Source of the DNA: Candidatus Binatus sp.
GTDB taxonomy: Bacteria > Desulfobacterota > Binatia > Binatales > Binataceae
Assembly: GCF_030646925.1 (NCBI RefSeq)
Contig: NZ_JAUSKL010000004.1
Location: 11,064-75,063 of the forward strand
Reading direction: 5' to 3'
Length of the DNA stretch: 64,000 bases
The notes beneath the pieces are model-generated. The model made no database searches. It saw only the letters and a list, made by a program, of their open reading frames with translations, and had not been told where the DNA came from. The translations under genes were made by a program, and so were the position numbers. Below, in pieces: positions 8,049-16,340 of this stretch; position 1 is the stretch's first letter, and each line of letters starts with the position of its first letter.

Positions 8049-10472
8049 TTACGGAGTCAGGTACTGCAGGATGCGGTGATTCTCGCCATCGACGATGTAC
8101 AGATTCTTGCTCGCGTCGGTCGCGACTCCGTCGGGCACGCACATCGTGTTGGGGCTCGGCGTGAAGATGCAAAAGCCCTGGTTAAAGAGACCGCCCTGGC
8201 CAAAGGACTTGTCAGCGATGGTGTCGCCGGGAGTGTTGTACTTGAGCCCGCGATTGTTCGACTTATCCACGATATACACGTTGCCCGAGCTGTCCACTGC
8301 GACGTTTTGCGGCTCCTTGAGGCTCTTGGCGCTGATACCGCCGTTGTTGCCGGTATTGGTGGTGAAGACGTTCAATTGGCCGAAGACCCTGTCTGCACTG
8401 ACACCGCTTACGATCGGCGTGAAGTATTCGAGCGCCCGATTGTTCCCATTGTCCGCCACGTACAAGTTGTTGGAACCGTCAACCGCGACGCCCCACGGAT
8501 TGCACAGAGTGATCGATGACGGACCTGCTCCCCGGTTACACAGGGTGGATACAAAATTGGCCTGCCCGAAAACCCGGTCGGCGGTGGTATTGGTGGTCAG
8601 AGGCGTGTTGTATTCGAGCATACGATCGTTCGCGCTGTCCGAGATATAGACGTTGCCGCCGGAGTCGACAGCGACTCCAAGCGGAATGCAAAGGCTGTTG
8701 GCAGTAACTCCACCGTTGTTGCATGTACCGGTAGTGAAGCTGCCTAACTGGCCGAAGACCTTGTCGGCCGAGACGCCGCTAACGAATGGGGTGTTGAACT
8801 CGAGCACCCGGTTGTTGCTGCTATCGACCACGTACAGGTTGCCGGCCGAGTCAACCGCGACAGCGATCGGAAGGTTCAGGGTAGTTGGCTTGATTCCGCC
8901 ATTATTGGGAGTTCTTACCAGACCGTTCGGTTGTCCGAACACCAGGTTAGCCGCCGCATGGGTAGTGAATGCGGAGATGTTGTTCCAGGCCAGCACTCGG
9001 TTGTTACCGTAGTCCGCGACGTACACACGGTTGGGGACGACCGTCTTATCGATCGCGATGCCGCCATTGTTGAAAGCGGTATCCAACCCCAGGGCGTCCA
9101 CAAGGTTCTGCGCGTTGGTGGTGAACAGCACCTGGCTAACCACTCCGTCGGCGATTGTGTCGGTGGTGACCGGAGTGGTGAAGCTAAGCTCGCGATTGTT
9201 GCCGCAATCGGCAACATAAAGGTTGTTGCCAGTATCGACGGAAACTCCCATCGGAGTGCAGATGCTCGAGGCACTGACACCGCCGAGGTTGCATATGGCG
9301 GAGGAGAAGCTGCCGCCCTGGCCAAACACCTTGTCGGCGGTGGTGCCGCTCACAAATGGCGTATTGATCTCCAACACGCGAGTGTTGCCGGTATCGGCGA
9401 TGTAAACGTTGCCCAAACCGTCAACCGCGACGTCGTTCGGCTTGCACAAGGTGGCAGCGGTAACGATAACTCCGTCATCGTTGCATATGGAACTAGTGAA
9501 GCTATTGTGTTGACCGAAGACCCTGTCGGCGCCGGTGCCGCTACCGATCGGCGTGTTGTACTCGAGCACGCGGTCGTTGTCGGTGTCAGCCACGTAAATG
9601 TTGCTTGAAGCATCGGACGCGACACTTCTGGGGTGGCAGAGTCCGACGTTGTTTACGCCGCTGATGTTGCAGGTTGCCGAGCTAAGGTTATTAAGCTGTC
9701 CGAACACGCGGTCGCCGCTGGTGTCACCCGACCCGGTGACGCCGGTGATAGTTTCCGGGGTGTTAAACTCGAGTACGCGGTTGTTGTCCCGGTCCGCGAT
9801 ATACAAATTGTCTGACTTATCGACTCCAACTCCGGTCGGATTGCAAAGGCTGTCAGAGCTAGGAGCGGCTGAACCCGCATTGCAATCCTTGGTGGCAAAG
9901 GTGCCGAACTGGCCGAATATGTCGTCGGCAATCCGATCAGTAGTGAAAGGGGCGTTGTACTCCAGCACGCGATTGTTGCCGCTGTCTGCAACATAGAGGC
10001 GGCCGGCGCTATCAACTGCAACACTGGTAGGCGTGCAGAGGGAAGAAGCGCTTGGGAGGTTAGTGTTCAGGTTGCAGCCGCCAGTGAAGCGGGTAGGTTG
10101 CCCAATCACGATGTTGGCCGCAGCATGGCTGGCGAAGGCTGAGATGTTGGTCCAGCCAAGTACCCGATGGTTACCGCTATCAACGGCAAAGACCCGGTTG
10201 GGGCTGATGCTTCTGTCGATCGCGACATCGCCCAGCAGGAGACCGGTGGTGTTAACCCCGCGTTCGTCGCGGAAGTTCTGTTGGTTCTCGACGAAATTTA
10301 CTTGGCCCAGCACTCCGTCGGCGGTGTTGTCACCGGCCGAACCTGGGGGAAGGTAGGGCCTGGTGCCGGAGCCGGCCGATGCGGATGACACGCTCATCGC
10401 GGTCGCGCACACGAGAATCGCCGCGGAAAGGACGGTCAGCTTCCACCAATTGAACTTACGTTGTGGTTTCAT
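8049..10472 (-). CDS. Secreted NHL-repeat protein, 12 repeats (probably two six-bladed beta-propellers)
   Basis: Signal peptide (MKPQRKFNWWKLTVLSAAILVCATAMSVSSASA); repeats of LCxPxGVAVDxxGNLYVADxxNNRVLEYNTP...ADRVFGQ counted by eye. Confidence 0.85.
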   Translation of the reverse strand: MKPQRKFNWWKLTVLSAAILVCATAMSVSSASAGSGTRPYLPPGSAGDNTADGVLGQVNFVENQQNFRDERGVNTTGLLLGDVAIDRSISPNRVFAVDSGNHRVLGWTNISAFASHAAANIVIGQPTRFTGGCNLNTNLPSASSLCTPTSVAVDSAGRLYVADSGNNRVLEYNAPFTTDRIADDIFGQFGTFATKDCNAGSAAPSSDSLCNPTGVGVDKSDNLYIADRDNNRVLEFNTPETITGVTGSGDTSGDRVFGQLNNLSSATCNISGVNNVGLCHPRSVASDASSNIYVADTDNDRVLEYNTPIGSGTGADRVFGQHNSFTSSICNDDGVIVTAATLCKPNDVAVDGLGNVYIADTGNTRVLEINTPFVSGTTADKVFGQGGSFSSAICNLGGVSASSICTPMGVSVDTGNNLYVADCGNNRELSFTTPVTTDTIADGVVSQVLFTTNAQNLVDALGLDTAFNNGGIAIDKTVVPNRVYVADYGNNRVLAWNNISAFTTHAAANLVFGQPNGLVRTPNNGGIKPTTLNLPIAVAVDSAGNLYVVDSSNNRVLEFNTPFVSGVSADKVFGQLGSFTTGTCNNGGVTANSLCIPLGVAVDSGGNVYISDSANDRMLEYNTPLTTNTTADRVFGQANFVSTLCNRGAGPSSITLCNPWGVAVDGSNNLYVADNGNNRALEYFTPIVSGVSADRVFGQLNVFTTNTGNNGGISAKSLKEPQNVAVDSSGNVYIVDKSNNRGLKYNTPGDTIADKSFGQGGLFNQGFCIFTPSPNTMCVPDGVATDASKNLYIVDGENHRILQYLTP

Positions 10473-10538
10473 GTGATCCTCTTCGTCGACCTTTTAGCGC
10501 CTGCCAGGCGCCTTGTTACAAAGCACTACCGACCGCAG

Positions 10539-11507
10539 TTATGGGGTGGGGTTCATCTGGTCCAGCAGTTCCCGCGCGCGGGACTGTACCTCGCTATCGG
10601 GACTGCCAAGAGCCTGAGTAAGCCCGGCTTCCCCGTCTGCTCCTCTTTGTGAAAGAAACTCGAGCGCCTGAAGGCGGATCGACGGATCTCGATCCCTGGT
10701 TGCTTCGACCATCAGCGCCACCGTCTGGGGCTCGGTCTGGCTCACCAGTCCGGTAAGCGCGGCCTGCCTTACTGCGAGAGCCGGATCCTTGAGGGCGGCG
10801 CCCAGCGTGGCGGTCGAATCGGGAGCGTCGATATCGGCCAGGACCTGAAGTCCGCTCAGCCGCCGGTCTAGATCGGTGCTGGTGGCGGCGGCGATCGCGA
10901 GGCGCTTGGCGTGATCGGGATCTTTGCTCGACAGCAGTTGCAGCGCGACGGATTGCGCGACGGGATCACCCTTCGCGGCGGCGCGGCGCAGCGCGCCTAG
11001 ATCGCCGCGGTCGGCCGCCTCGTGCAGGTTGTCGGCTTCCGCGACCGCGTACTCGTCGGGCGTGAGCGGTCTTTTTGGCAACGGTTTTTCGTCCGACGAC
11101 TTGTCGATCACGGACGATTCGCGCGCGCTTGACGGCGCCGAATCGCCGAGCACCATCACGACCAGATGCTCATCGCCGTTAGCGCCGGCTCCATTTTCAA
11201 GTATCGCGTAGTTCACGTTGCCGAGGAGTTTTTTTACCGCGTCGCGAAGCAGCAGGTCGGAAAACTGGCCGCGGCTCTCGCGCTTAAGGGCCTTGATACC
11301 TGTGACTTCGAGGCCCGTCTGCCGGGCGACTTCCGCGAGCACGTCGCGCAGCGGCGCGCCGTTCGCGACAACGCTGAGACGATTCTGCTGCCATCGGACG
11401 CTAAACGATTTGTCTGCGGATGCGGCCTCGACGATAGCAGGCAGGAAAAAGAAAAGGATGAGCAACGGCAATCCGAGCGCGTCGAGGAACTTCTGCCTAC
11501 TAATCAT
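10539..11507 (-). CDS. Exported protein: secretin-N0/STN-like N-domain plus C-terminal HEAT/PBS repeats
   Basis: Signal peptide ending VEAA; LSVVANGAPLRDVLAEVARQTGLEV...DAVKKLL (STN-like); ALKDPALAVRQAAL, ATRDRDPSIRLQALE, ALGSPDSEVQSRA (HEAT). Confidence 0.65.
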   Translation of the reverse strand: MISRQKFLDALGLPLLILFFFLPAIVEAASADKSFSVRWQQNRLSVVANGAPLRDVLAEVARQTGLEVTGIKALKRESRGQFSDLLLRDAVKKLLGNVNYAILENGAGANGDEHLVVMVLGDSAPSSARESSVIDKSSDEKPLPKRPLTPDEYAVAEADNLHEAADRGDLGALRRAAAKGDPVAQSVALQLLSSKDPDHAKRLAIAAATSTDLDRRLSGLQVLADIDAPDSTATLGAALKDPALAVRQAALTGLVSQTEPQTVALMVEATRDRDPSIRLQALEFLSQRGADGEAGLTQALGSPDSEVQSRARELLDQMNPTP

Positions 11508-11540
11508 TGTCTAAACGGTTCAAAGATATATATGGAGAGG

Positions 11541-11574
11541 ACGAATCTATATTTCGTTCAGTTGAGATTGTCAA
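11541..11574 (-). promoter_or_regulatory. Sigma70-type promoter for the HEAT/NHL pair, with an overlapping inverted repeat
   Basis: Minus strand TTGACA (11574-11569), 17 nt, TATAGA(TT) (11551-11546); ACGAA-N7-TTCGT at 11541-11557 overlaps the -10. Confidence 0.55.
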
Positions 11575-11730
11575 AGCAACGCAGCGTCACGATTGTGAAA
11601 AAAAGACAGGAATTGAATGCGGAAGCTTAAGCGACCCAATTGGCGTTCGGCCGTGGCGGTAAGATCGTCATCCGGCTGAGCTATCGCGGCGCAGTGGACA
11701 TTGGTCCAGCGGTGCGCGAGAGTTTTAATC

Positions 11731-12558
11731 ATGAGAGCCGTGGGCGGAAGGATGGTCTGTCTGCTGTGGCTGGCAGGATTGCTGGCGGCGTGCGCATGCG
11801 GCCGCTCCGCTCAGCCTTCGAGCGCGACGCAAACGAGTGGCGGTGAATCAGGCGAAGTGCGGGTGCGCGTGACCAGCGTCGGCTTCGATCGCGCGACCGG
11901 GGCGCACTACGTGATGCTGCATGACGACGGGCAGGCGCGCGAACTGCCGATCATGATTGGCGACACCGAGGCGCAGGCAATCCTGCTGGCGCTGCACAAT
12001 ATCAAGCCGGATCGTCCGCTCACGCAGGATCTGCTGCGATCGGTGATCGAGGAGACCGGCAATCGGCTCGATCGAATATTGATCAGCGAGATGCGCGACG
12101 AAGTATTCTACGCGAAGATTTACCTCGACAAGGGCAAGGTGACGATCGACAGCAGGCCGAGCGATGCGATTGCGCTGGCGATGGCGTCGAAGGCGCCGAT
12201 CTACGTCAATAGCAAGCTGTTCGAGGATGCGGACATCGCGATCATTCCGGCGGGCAAGGTGCCGAAGACACAGCACGTGCTCGGGATGACGGTCGAGCAA
12301 CTGACGCCGGAACTGGCAGAATACTTCGGCGGGTCGGGGGCCGGAGTGCTGGTATCTGAAGTCGATGCATCCGCGAAAAAGGCGGGCGTGCTACGCGGCG
12401 ACATCGTGATGAGGGTTGGCAATCATCTGATCTTAGGGCTCGACAAATTCGACGCAGAGGTGGCAGCCGCGAAAGGTCAGGATACGCTGCATCTCACGAT
12501 CCTGCGCGACGGAACATCGCGTACGGTGACGCTCGAAAATCGGGCCGCCGCGAATTAA
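11731..12558 (+). CDS. Lipoprotein: DUF151/bifunctional-nuclease domain fused to a C-terminal PDZ domain
   Basis: Lipobox-like LLAAC(AC); RELPIMIGDTEAQAI, RPLTQDLL, EVFYAKIYL, IDSRPSDAIALA (DUF151); LGMTVEQLTPELAEYFG..GVLVSEV..AGVLRGDIV (PDZ). Confidence 0.8.
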   Translation: MRAVGGRMVCLLWLAGLLAACACGRSAQPSSATQTSGGESGEVRVRVTSVGFDRATGAHYVMLHDDGQARELPIMIGDTEAQAILLALHNIKPDRPLTQDLLRSVIEETGNRLDRILISEMRDEVFYAKIYLDKGKVTIDSRPSDAIALAMASKAPIYVNSKLFEDADIAIIPAGKVPKTQHVLGMTVEQLTPELAEYFGGSGAGVLVSEVDASAKKAGVLRGDIVMRVGNHLILGLDKFDAEVAAAKGQDTLHLTILRDGTSRTVTLENRAAAN

Positions 12559-14280
12559 TCAGGCATTGGCGCTGCGGACGAGAACGCTCGCGATAAAGCG
12601 AGCGTCGATCTCGCGCTCGTTGCCTAGCTCGGCAAATTCGTCTTCCAGCAAATTCAGGCAGGAGTTAAGAAACGCCGCGGTGCGGCTGCGCGCGCCGGAA
12701 TCGAGCCGCTCGGTCAGGGCGGAATCGACCAGGCGGCGGAAGTCGTCATTGAGGCGCGCGGGACGGCCGTGATTGGTCATGATCGCGTCGCGCATCGCAG
12801 TCAGGCGGACGTCCTCGATCGGCTCGATGGCGAGGCGGCGGTCGAGCGCCATCCGTGCGAGCGCGGTGAGGAGCAGTTGGCTGAGCCGGATTTCCCGCGC
12901 GGCCATCTGCGCGCGGAAGTTGGGCGACGCGATATCGATCGCGAACAGGTGCTTGAAGAGTTCGGCGGCGGACTCGACTTGATCGATAATCGCGTAGCTG
13001 AGATGGAGGTCGCGCATGATGCGGAAATCGCGGTAATCGACGCCGCCGGCGCCGTCGAGCGCGCTGTAAAACCGCGGCTGGCGCTCGAGAAAACCGGCGA
13101 GCGCCTCGCGATATGGCGAATCGAGATAAGAAATTTCGCGGGCTTTGACCGAAGTCAGGCCGAGTTTCGCGAGCGCCTGTCCGGCGCGCGTGCGCAGATC
13201 GATCGTGAGGCTGACGCCGAGGCGAAAGAGCAGTTTCAGATGGGTATCGCGCAGATGCTCGATAGCGCTTTGCAGATCGCCGCCGGCGAGATGCTCGAGC
13301 GCGAGGTTCAAGTAGTTGTGGGTCATCTCGACCGCGACGTGAACGGCCTCGAGGTCGCCGAAATCGATCGAGCGGGCGACCAGGACTTCGTTCGACACCA
13401 TCGCCATCTCGCCCTTGAGTTGGCGCTTGCCCTGCATCGCGAAGCCCGCGGTGAGCGCGGTATTGAACAGCGAACTTTCGTAACCGGTGAGCGCGGGCGA
13501 CATCTCGGGCGCGATCAATTCGGTATCGGGCGGCAATTCGGCGCGGCTGGGTTTTTCGTGCGCGGCGCGAATCTTGAGAAATTGCGCGGGATTCAGATAG
13601 GCGAAGACGTTTTGCGCTTCGAAGAAATCGGGGAAGCCGCGGTCGCTGAGCCGCGTGCAGCGGAACTGATAGGCCTGTTCTTCGAGTTCGGCCTCGACGC
13701 CCCAGTAGATTTCCTCCATCAGCGCAGCGAAATAGGTGTAGTCGCGTTCGAAGGCTTCATCGAGGAAATCGGAGATGTGCTGCGAAATTGCGTCGTGGAG
13801 GATGAACTCGATGAGATAGTTTTCGTCGAACTGCACGAAGCGATTCGACGGCGCGTCCGGCGACGACGCGGGATCGTCGAGGCGATGCACCTTGATGTAG
13901 CCGCGCAGCAGGAGCGACATCATTTCCATATCGAGTTGCATCAGGCCGTCGGCCATCCGGCGGCGACCGCCTTCGGACATCGCTTCGATCCACTCGCGCA
14001 TCCGATCGACGTTGGGACGATCGCGATTCCAGCAATCGAGATCGAACAGCGACATTACTTGCTCGGGCAGCGCGAGGCTCAGCAAGTCACCGGCGTCGGC
14101 GGTGCCGATTTCCTTGAGCGTGTAGAAGAGCGTTTCGGGCGAGAAAGATTGGACGAGGCGTTCGGCTTCGGGCGCGGAGAGAATGAGATCGCGCTTCTGG
14201 CGCGCAGGGAGGCCATACAGGAACTCGAGCTTTTCCTGGAACGGCAAATTCAGAAATTCGGATTCGCCTCTTACCGCCAT
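12559..14280 (-). CDS. Conserved hypothetical protein, DUF6178-like
   Basis: LFYTLKEIGTADA, LFDLDCW, ELEEQAYQFRCTRLSDRGFPD, LFRLGVSL motifs recalled from deltaproteobacterial DUF6178 proteins. Confidence 0.6.
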   Translation of the reverse strand: MAVRGESEFLNLPFQEKLEFLYGLPARQKRDLILSAPEAERLVQSFSPETLFYTLKEIGTADAGDLLSLALPEQVMSLFDLDCWNRDRPNVDRMREWIEAMSEGGRRRMADGLMQLDMEMMSLLLRGYIKVHRLDDPASSPDAPSNRFVQFDENYLIEFILHDAISQHISDFLDEAFERDYTYFAALMEEIYWGVEAELEEQAYQFRCTRLSDRGFPDFFEAQNVFAYLNPAQFLKIRAAHEKPSRAELPPDTELIAPEMSPALTGYESSLFNTALTAGFAMQGKRQLKGEMAMVSNEVLVARSIDFGDLEAVHVAVEMTHNYLNLALEHLAGGDLQSAIEHLRDTHLKLLFRLGVSLTIDLRTRAGQALAKLGLTSVKAREISYLDSPYREALAGFLERQPRFYSALDGAGGVDYRDFRIMRDLHLSYAIIDQVESAAELFKHLFAIDIASPNFRAQMAAREIRLSQLLLTALARMALDRRLAIEPIEDVRLTAMRDAIMTNHGRPARLNDDFRRLVDSALTERLDSGARSRTAAFLNSCLNLLEDEFAELGNEREIDARFIASVLVRSANA

Positions 14281-14386
14281 AGTTCACGCCGCAGCCGTTG
14301 CCGCATTGAGGCAAAGTAGCGCGCCGTTCTGGGATGGATCAACCGAGCCCTGATCTTTCGCGGCGGCGCGGCATTGGATATGATCG

Positions 14387-15217
14387 TTGGAACCAGATGA
14401 GAGCCCTTCCTTGCCCTTGAAAAACTCGCAGAGACCAATCGCACTGACAATTTCGGGCAGCGATCCGGGCGGCGGCGCAGGCTTGCAGGCCGACTTGAAG
14501 ACGTTCGCGGCGCTCGGCGTGTACGGCTATTCGGTGCTGACGCAGGTGATCGCGCAAAACAGCACGCACGTCACCGACTACGAACACGCGTCGGAAGATA
14601 TCGTCAGGCATCAGCTCGAGACGCTGCTCGAGGAGAGCATGCCGATCGCGATGAAGACCGGCGCGCTCGCCAATGCCGATATCGTGAAAACAGTGGCGCG
14701 CGCGATCGAGGAGCTCAAGCTGCCAGCGCCGGTAGTCGATCCGGTGCTGGTGTCGAGCAGCGGCGCGCGGCTGCTGGGAACGAAGGGCAAGCGCGCGATT
14801 CGGAAGAATCTGCTGCCGCTGGCGCGTATCGTCACGCCGAATATTCCGGAGGCCGAGGCGCTCGCGCGGATCGATATCGATTCCGATGCGGCGCTGCGCG
14901 AAGCGGCGAAAAAGATCGTCAAGATGGGCGCGCAGGCGGTGGTGATCAAGGGCGGGCATAGCAAGGAAGACAAGTCGGCGAACGATTTGCTCTACGACGG
15001 GAAGAACTTCATCGAGCTGAAGGCGCCGCGAATCGCGGGCGACGGCGCGCACGGAACCGGATGCGCGTTTTCGGCGGCAATCGCGGCGTATCTGGCGCGC
15101 GGCGAGAGTCTTGAGGAATCGGTCCGCGGCGCGAAGCGTTACGTCACGGCGGCACTCAAGAACAGTTTCAAGCTGGGCAAGGGACGCGCGCTACTGGAGC
15201 ATTTCGCGCGCGTGTGA
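14387..15217 (+). CDS. thiD: Hydroxymethylpyrimidine/phosphomethylpyrimidine kinase (start uncertain)
   Basis: ALTISGSDPGGGAGLQADLKTF, AQNS, KTGAL, VVDPVLVSSSG, TPNIPEAE, KGGH, HGTGCAFSAAIAA. Confidence 0.95.
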   Translation: MEPDESPSLPLKNSQRPIALTISGSDPGGGAGLQADLKTFAALGVYGYSVLTQVIAQNSTHVTDYEHASEDIVRHQLETLLEESMPIAMKTGALANADIVKTVARAIEELKLPAPVVDPVLVSSSGARLLGTKGKRAIRKNLLPLARIVTPNIPEAEALARIDIDSDAALREAAKKIVKMGAQAVVIKGGHSKEDKSANDLLYDGKNFIELKAPRIAGDGAHGTGCAFSAAIAAYLARGESLEESVRGAKRYVTAALKNSFKLGKGRALLEHFARV

Positions 15218-15245
15218 CGGTCGCGACGTATCGTAGTCCGCGCGG

Positions 15246-15707
15246 CTAGCGCGCGGCTGGCACCTGAAATTCCTTGAGCGCAGCGCCGAGGTTATGACTC
15301 GGTTTCGAATCCGCACCCATCTTCATCAACGCAAAACGTTCGTCGCCGTCGAGCCGCGACCAGATCGAATCGTTCAAATCGAAGCCCGTTTCACGCGCGC
15401 GCGCAACCAATAATTCAGGGGGCGTCGAAGGCGGTTCCGCGCCGGCGCGCTGAGTATCGGTCAAGGATTTCGGCTCGGTACCGAAACGTCGGAGCATCGC
15501 CTCGCGGATGAAGACCGCAAGCGCGTCGCATTCGTCGGGTGAATTGGACGGCAGGTGACAAATAGCCAGCCGCTCGCCGCGATCGAGCGCCTTCCACGAT
15601 TCGAGGCCGACCTTGAGGCCGACGCGATCGAGCTTGCGGCGCACCGCCATCGGAACGCATTGCAGGCTCTCGTGAATCTCGTCTTCGAATTTGAATTTGC
15701 GAATCAT
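15246..15707 (-). CDS. Nitrate reductase-associated (NarM-like) protein
   Basis: From ATG 15707: FKFEDEIHESLQCVPMAVRRKLDRVGLKVGLESW...WSRLDGDERFALMKMG..SHNL..ALKEF matches the recalled Nitr_red_assoc signature. Confidence 0.8.
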   Translation of the reverse strand: MIRKFKFEDEIHESLQCVPMAVRRKLDRVGLKVGLESWKALDRGERLAICHLPSNSPDECDALAVFIREAMLRRFGTEPKSLTDTQRAGAEPPSTPPELLVARARETGFDLNDSIWSRLDGDERFALMKMGADSKPSHNLGAALKEFQVPAAR

Positions 15708-15809
15708 CAGCGCACCTGAAAAAACAGAGTTGTTACAAGGTTGCATTATGAAACTGGCGCAATCAAGCGGGCGGCTCGCAGGCTGGTTCGTGTTTGCGTG
15801 CGTCAATCG

Positions 15810-15818
15810 TGGTATAGC
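15810..15818 (+). promoter_or_regulatory. Possible extended -10 promoter element for the fds operon
   Basis: TG-g-TATAGC at 15810-15818, 18 nt before the fdsG ATG; no good -35. Confidence 0.3.
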
Positions 15819-15836
15819 CAAATTGAGAGTAGCGGG

Positions 15837-16340
15837 ATGAGCGCAGAGCATTCGACAAACGGCGGCGGATCGAATCCGCAGGAGATCCAGGCGATCGCGG
15901 AGCGCTTCGCGGATACGCCGGGCGGTCTGATGCCGTTGCTGCATGCGGTGCAGGAACGCGTCGGATATGTGCCTGCGGAAGCGGTGCCGATTATCGCGCG
16001 CGCGATGAATCTTTCTCGCGCCGAAGTGCACGGCGTGATCAGCTTTTATCATGACTTCAAGCGCGCGCCGCGCGGCCGCAATGTGATTCGCGTTTGCCGC
16101 GCCGAATCGTGCCAGGCGATGGGTGCGGTCGAATTGGCGTCGCACATTCAGCATAGGCTGGGGATCGGGTTCGGCGAGACGAGCAAGGACGGCGCGTTCA
16201 CGCTCGAGCCGGTGTTTTGCCTGGGCAACTGTGCCTGCTCGCCAGCAATCGTCGTTGGCGACGATATTTACGGGCGCGTGACGAAGGCGCGCTTCGACGA
16301 AATTCTCGCGCGGATGGCTCGCGGAATCGGGCAATCGTGA
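15837..16340 (+). CDS. fdsG: NAD-dependent formate dehydrogenase gamma subunit (NuoE-like 2Fe-2S)
   Basis: LMPLLHAVQERVGYVP, RAEVHGVISFYHDF, VCRAESCQAMG, LEPVFCLGNCACSPA. Confidence 0.93.
   Translation: MSAEHSTNGGGSNPQEIQAIAERFADTPGGLMPLLHAVQERVGYVPAEAVPIIARAMNLSRAEVHGVISFYHDFKRAPRGRNVIRVCRAESCQAMGAVELASHIQHRLGIGFGETSKDGAFTLEPVFCLGNCACSPAIVVGDDIYGRVTKARFDEILARMARGIGQS

Noticed and set aside
8049-10472. Periodic DNA repeats that could suggest a CRISPR array or a DGR template
   Set aside because: The repeats are degenerate, in-frame protein repeats. There are no identical 23-47 bp units with unique spacers, no cas genes and no reverse transcriptase in the window.
14281-14400. TPP riboswitch upstream of thiD
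   Set aside because: No CTGAGA / ACCTGA..GGATAATGCC-type conserved elements are visible. thiE is translationally coupled to ntrC and has no leader.
15755-15797. Sigma54-like TGG...GC strings upstream of fdsG
   Set aside because: The spacing is one base short and the -24 element is poor.
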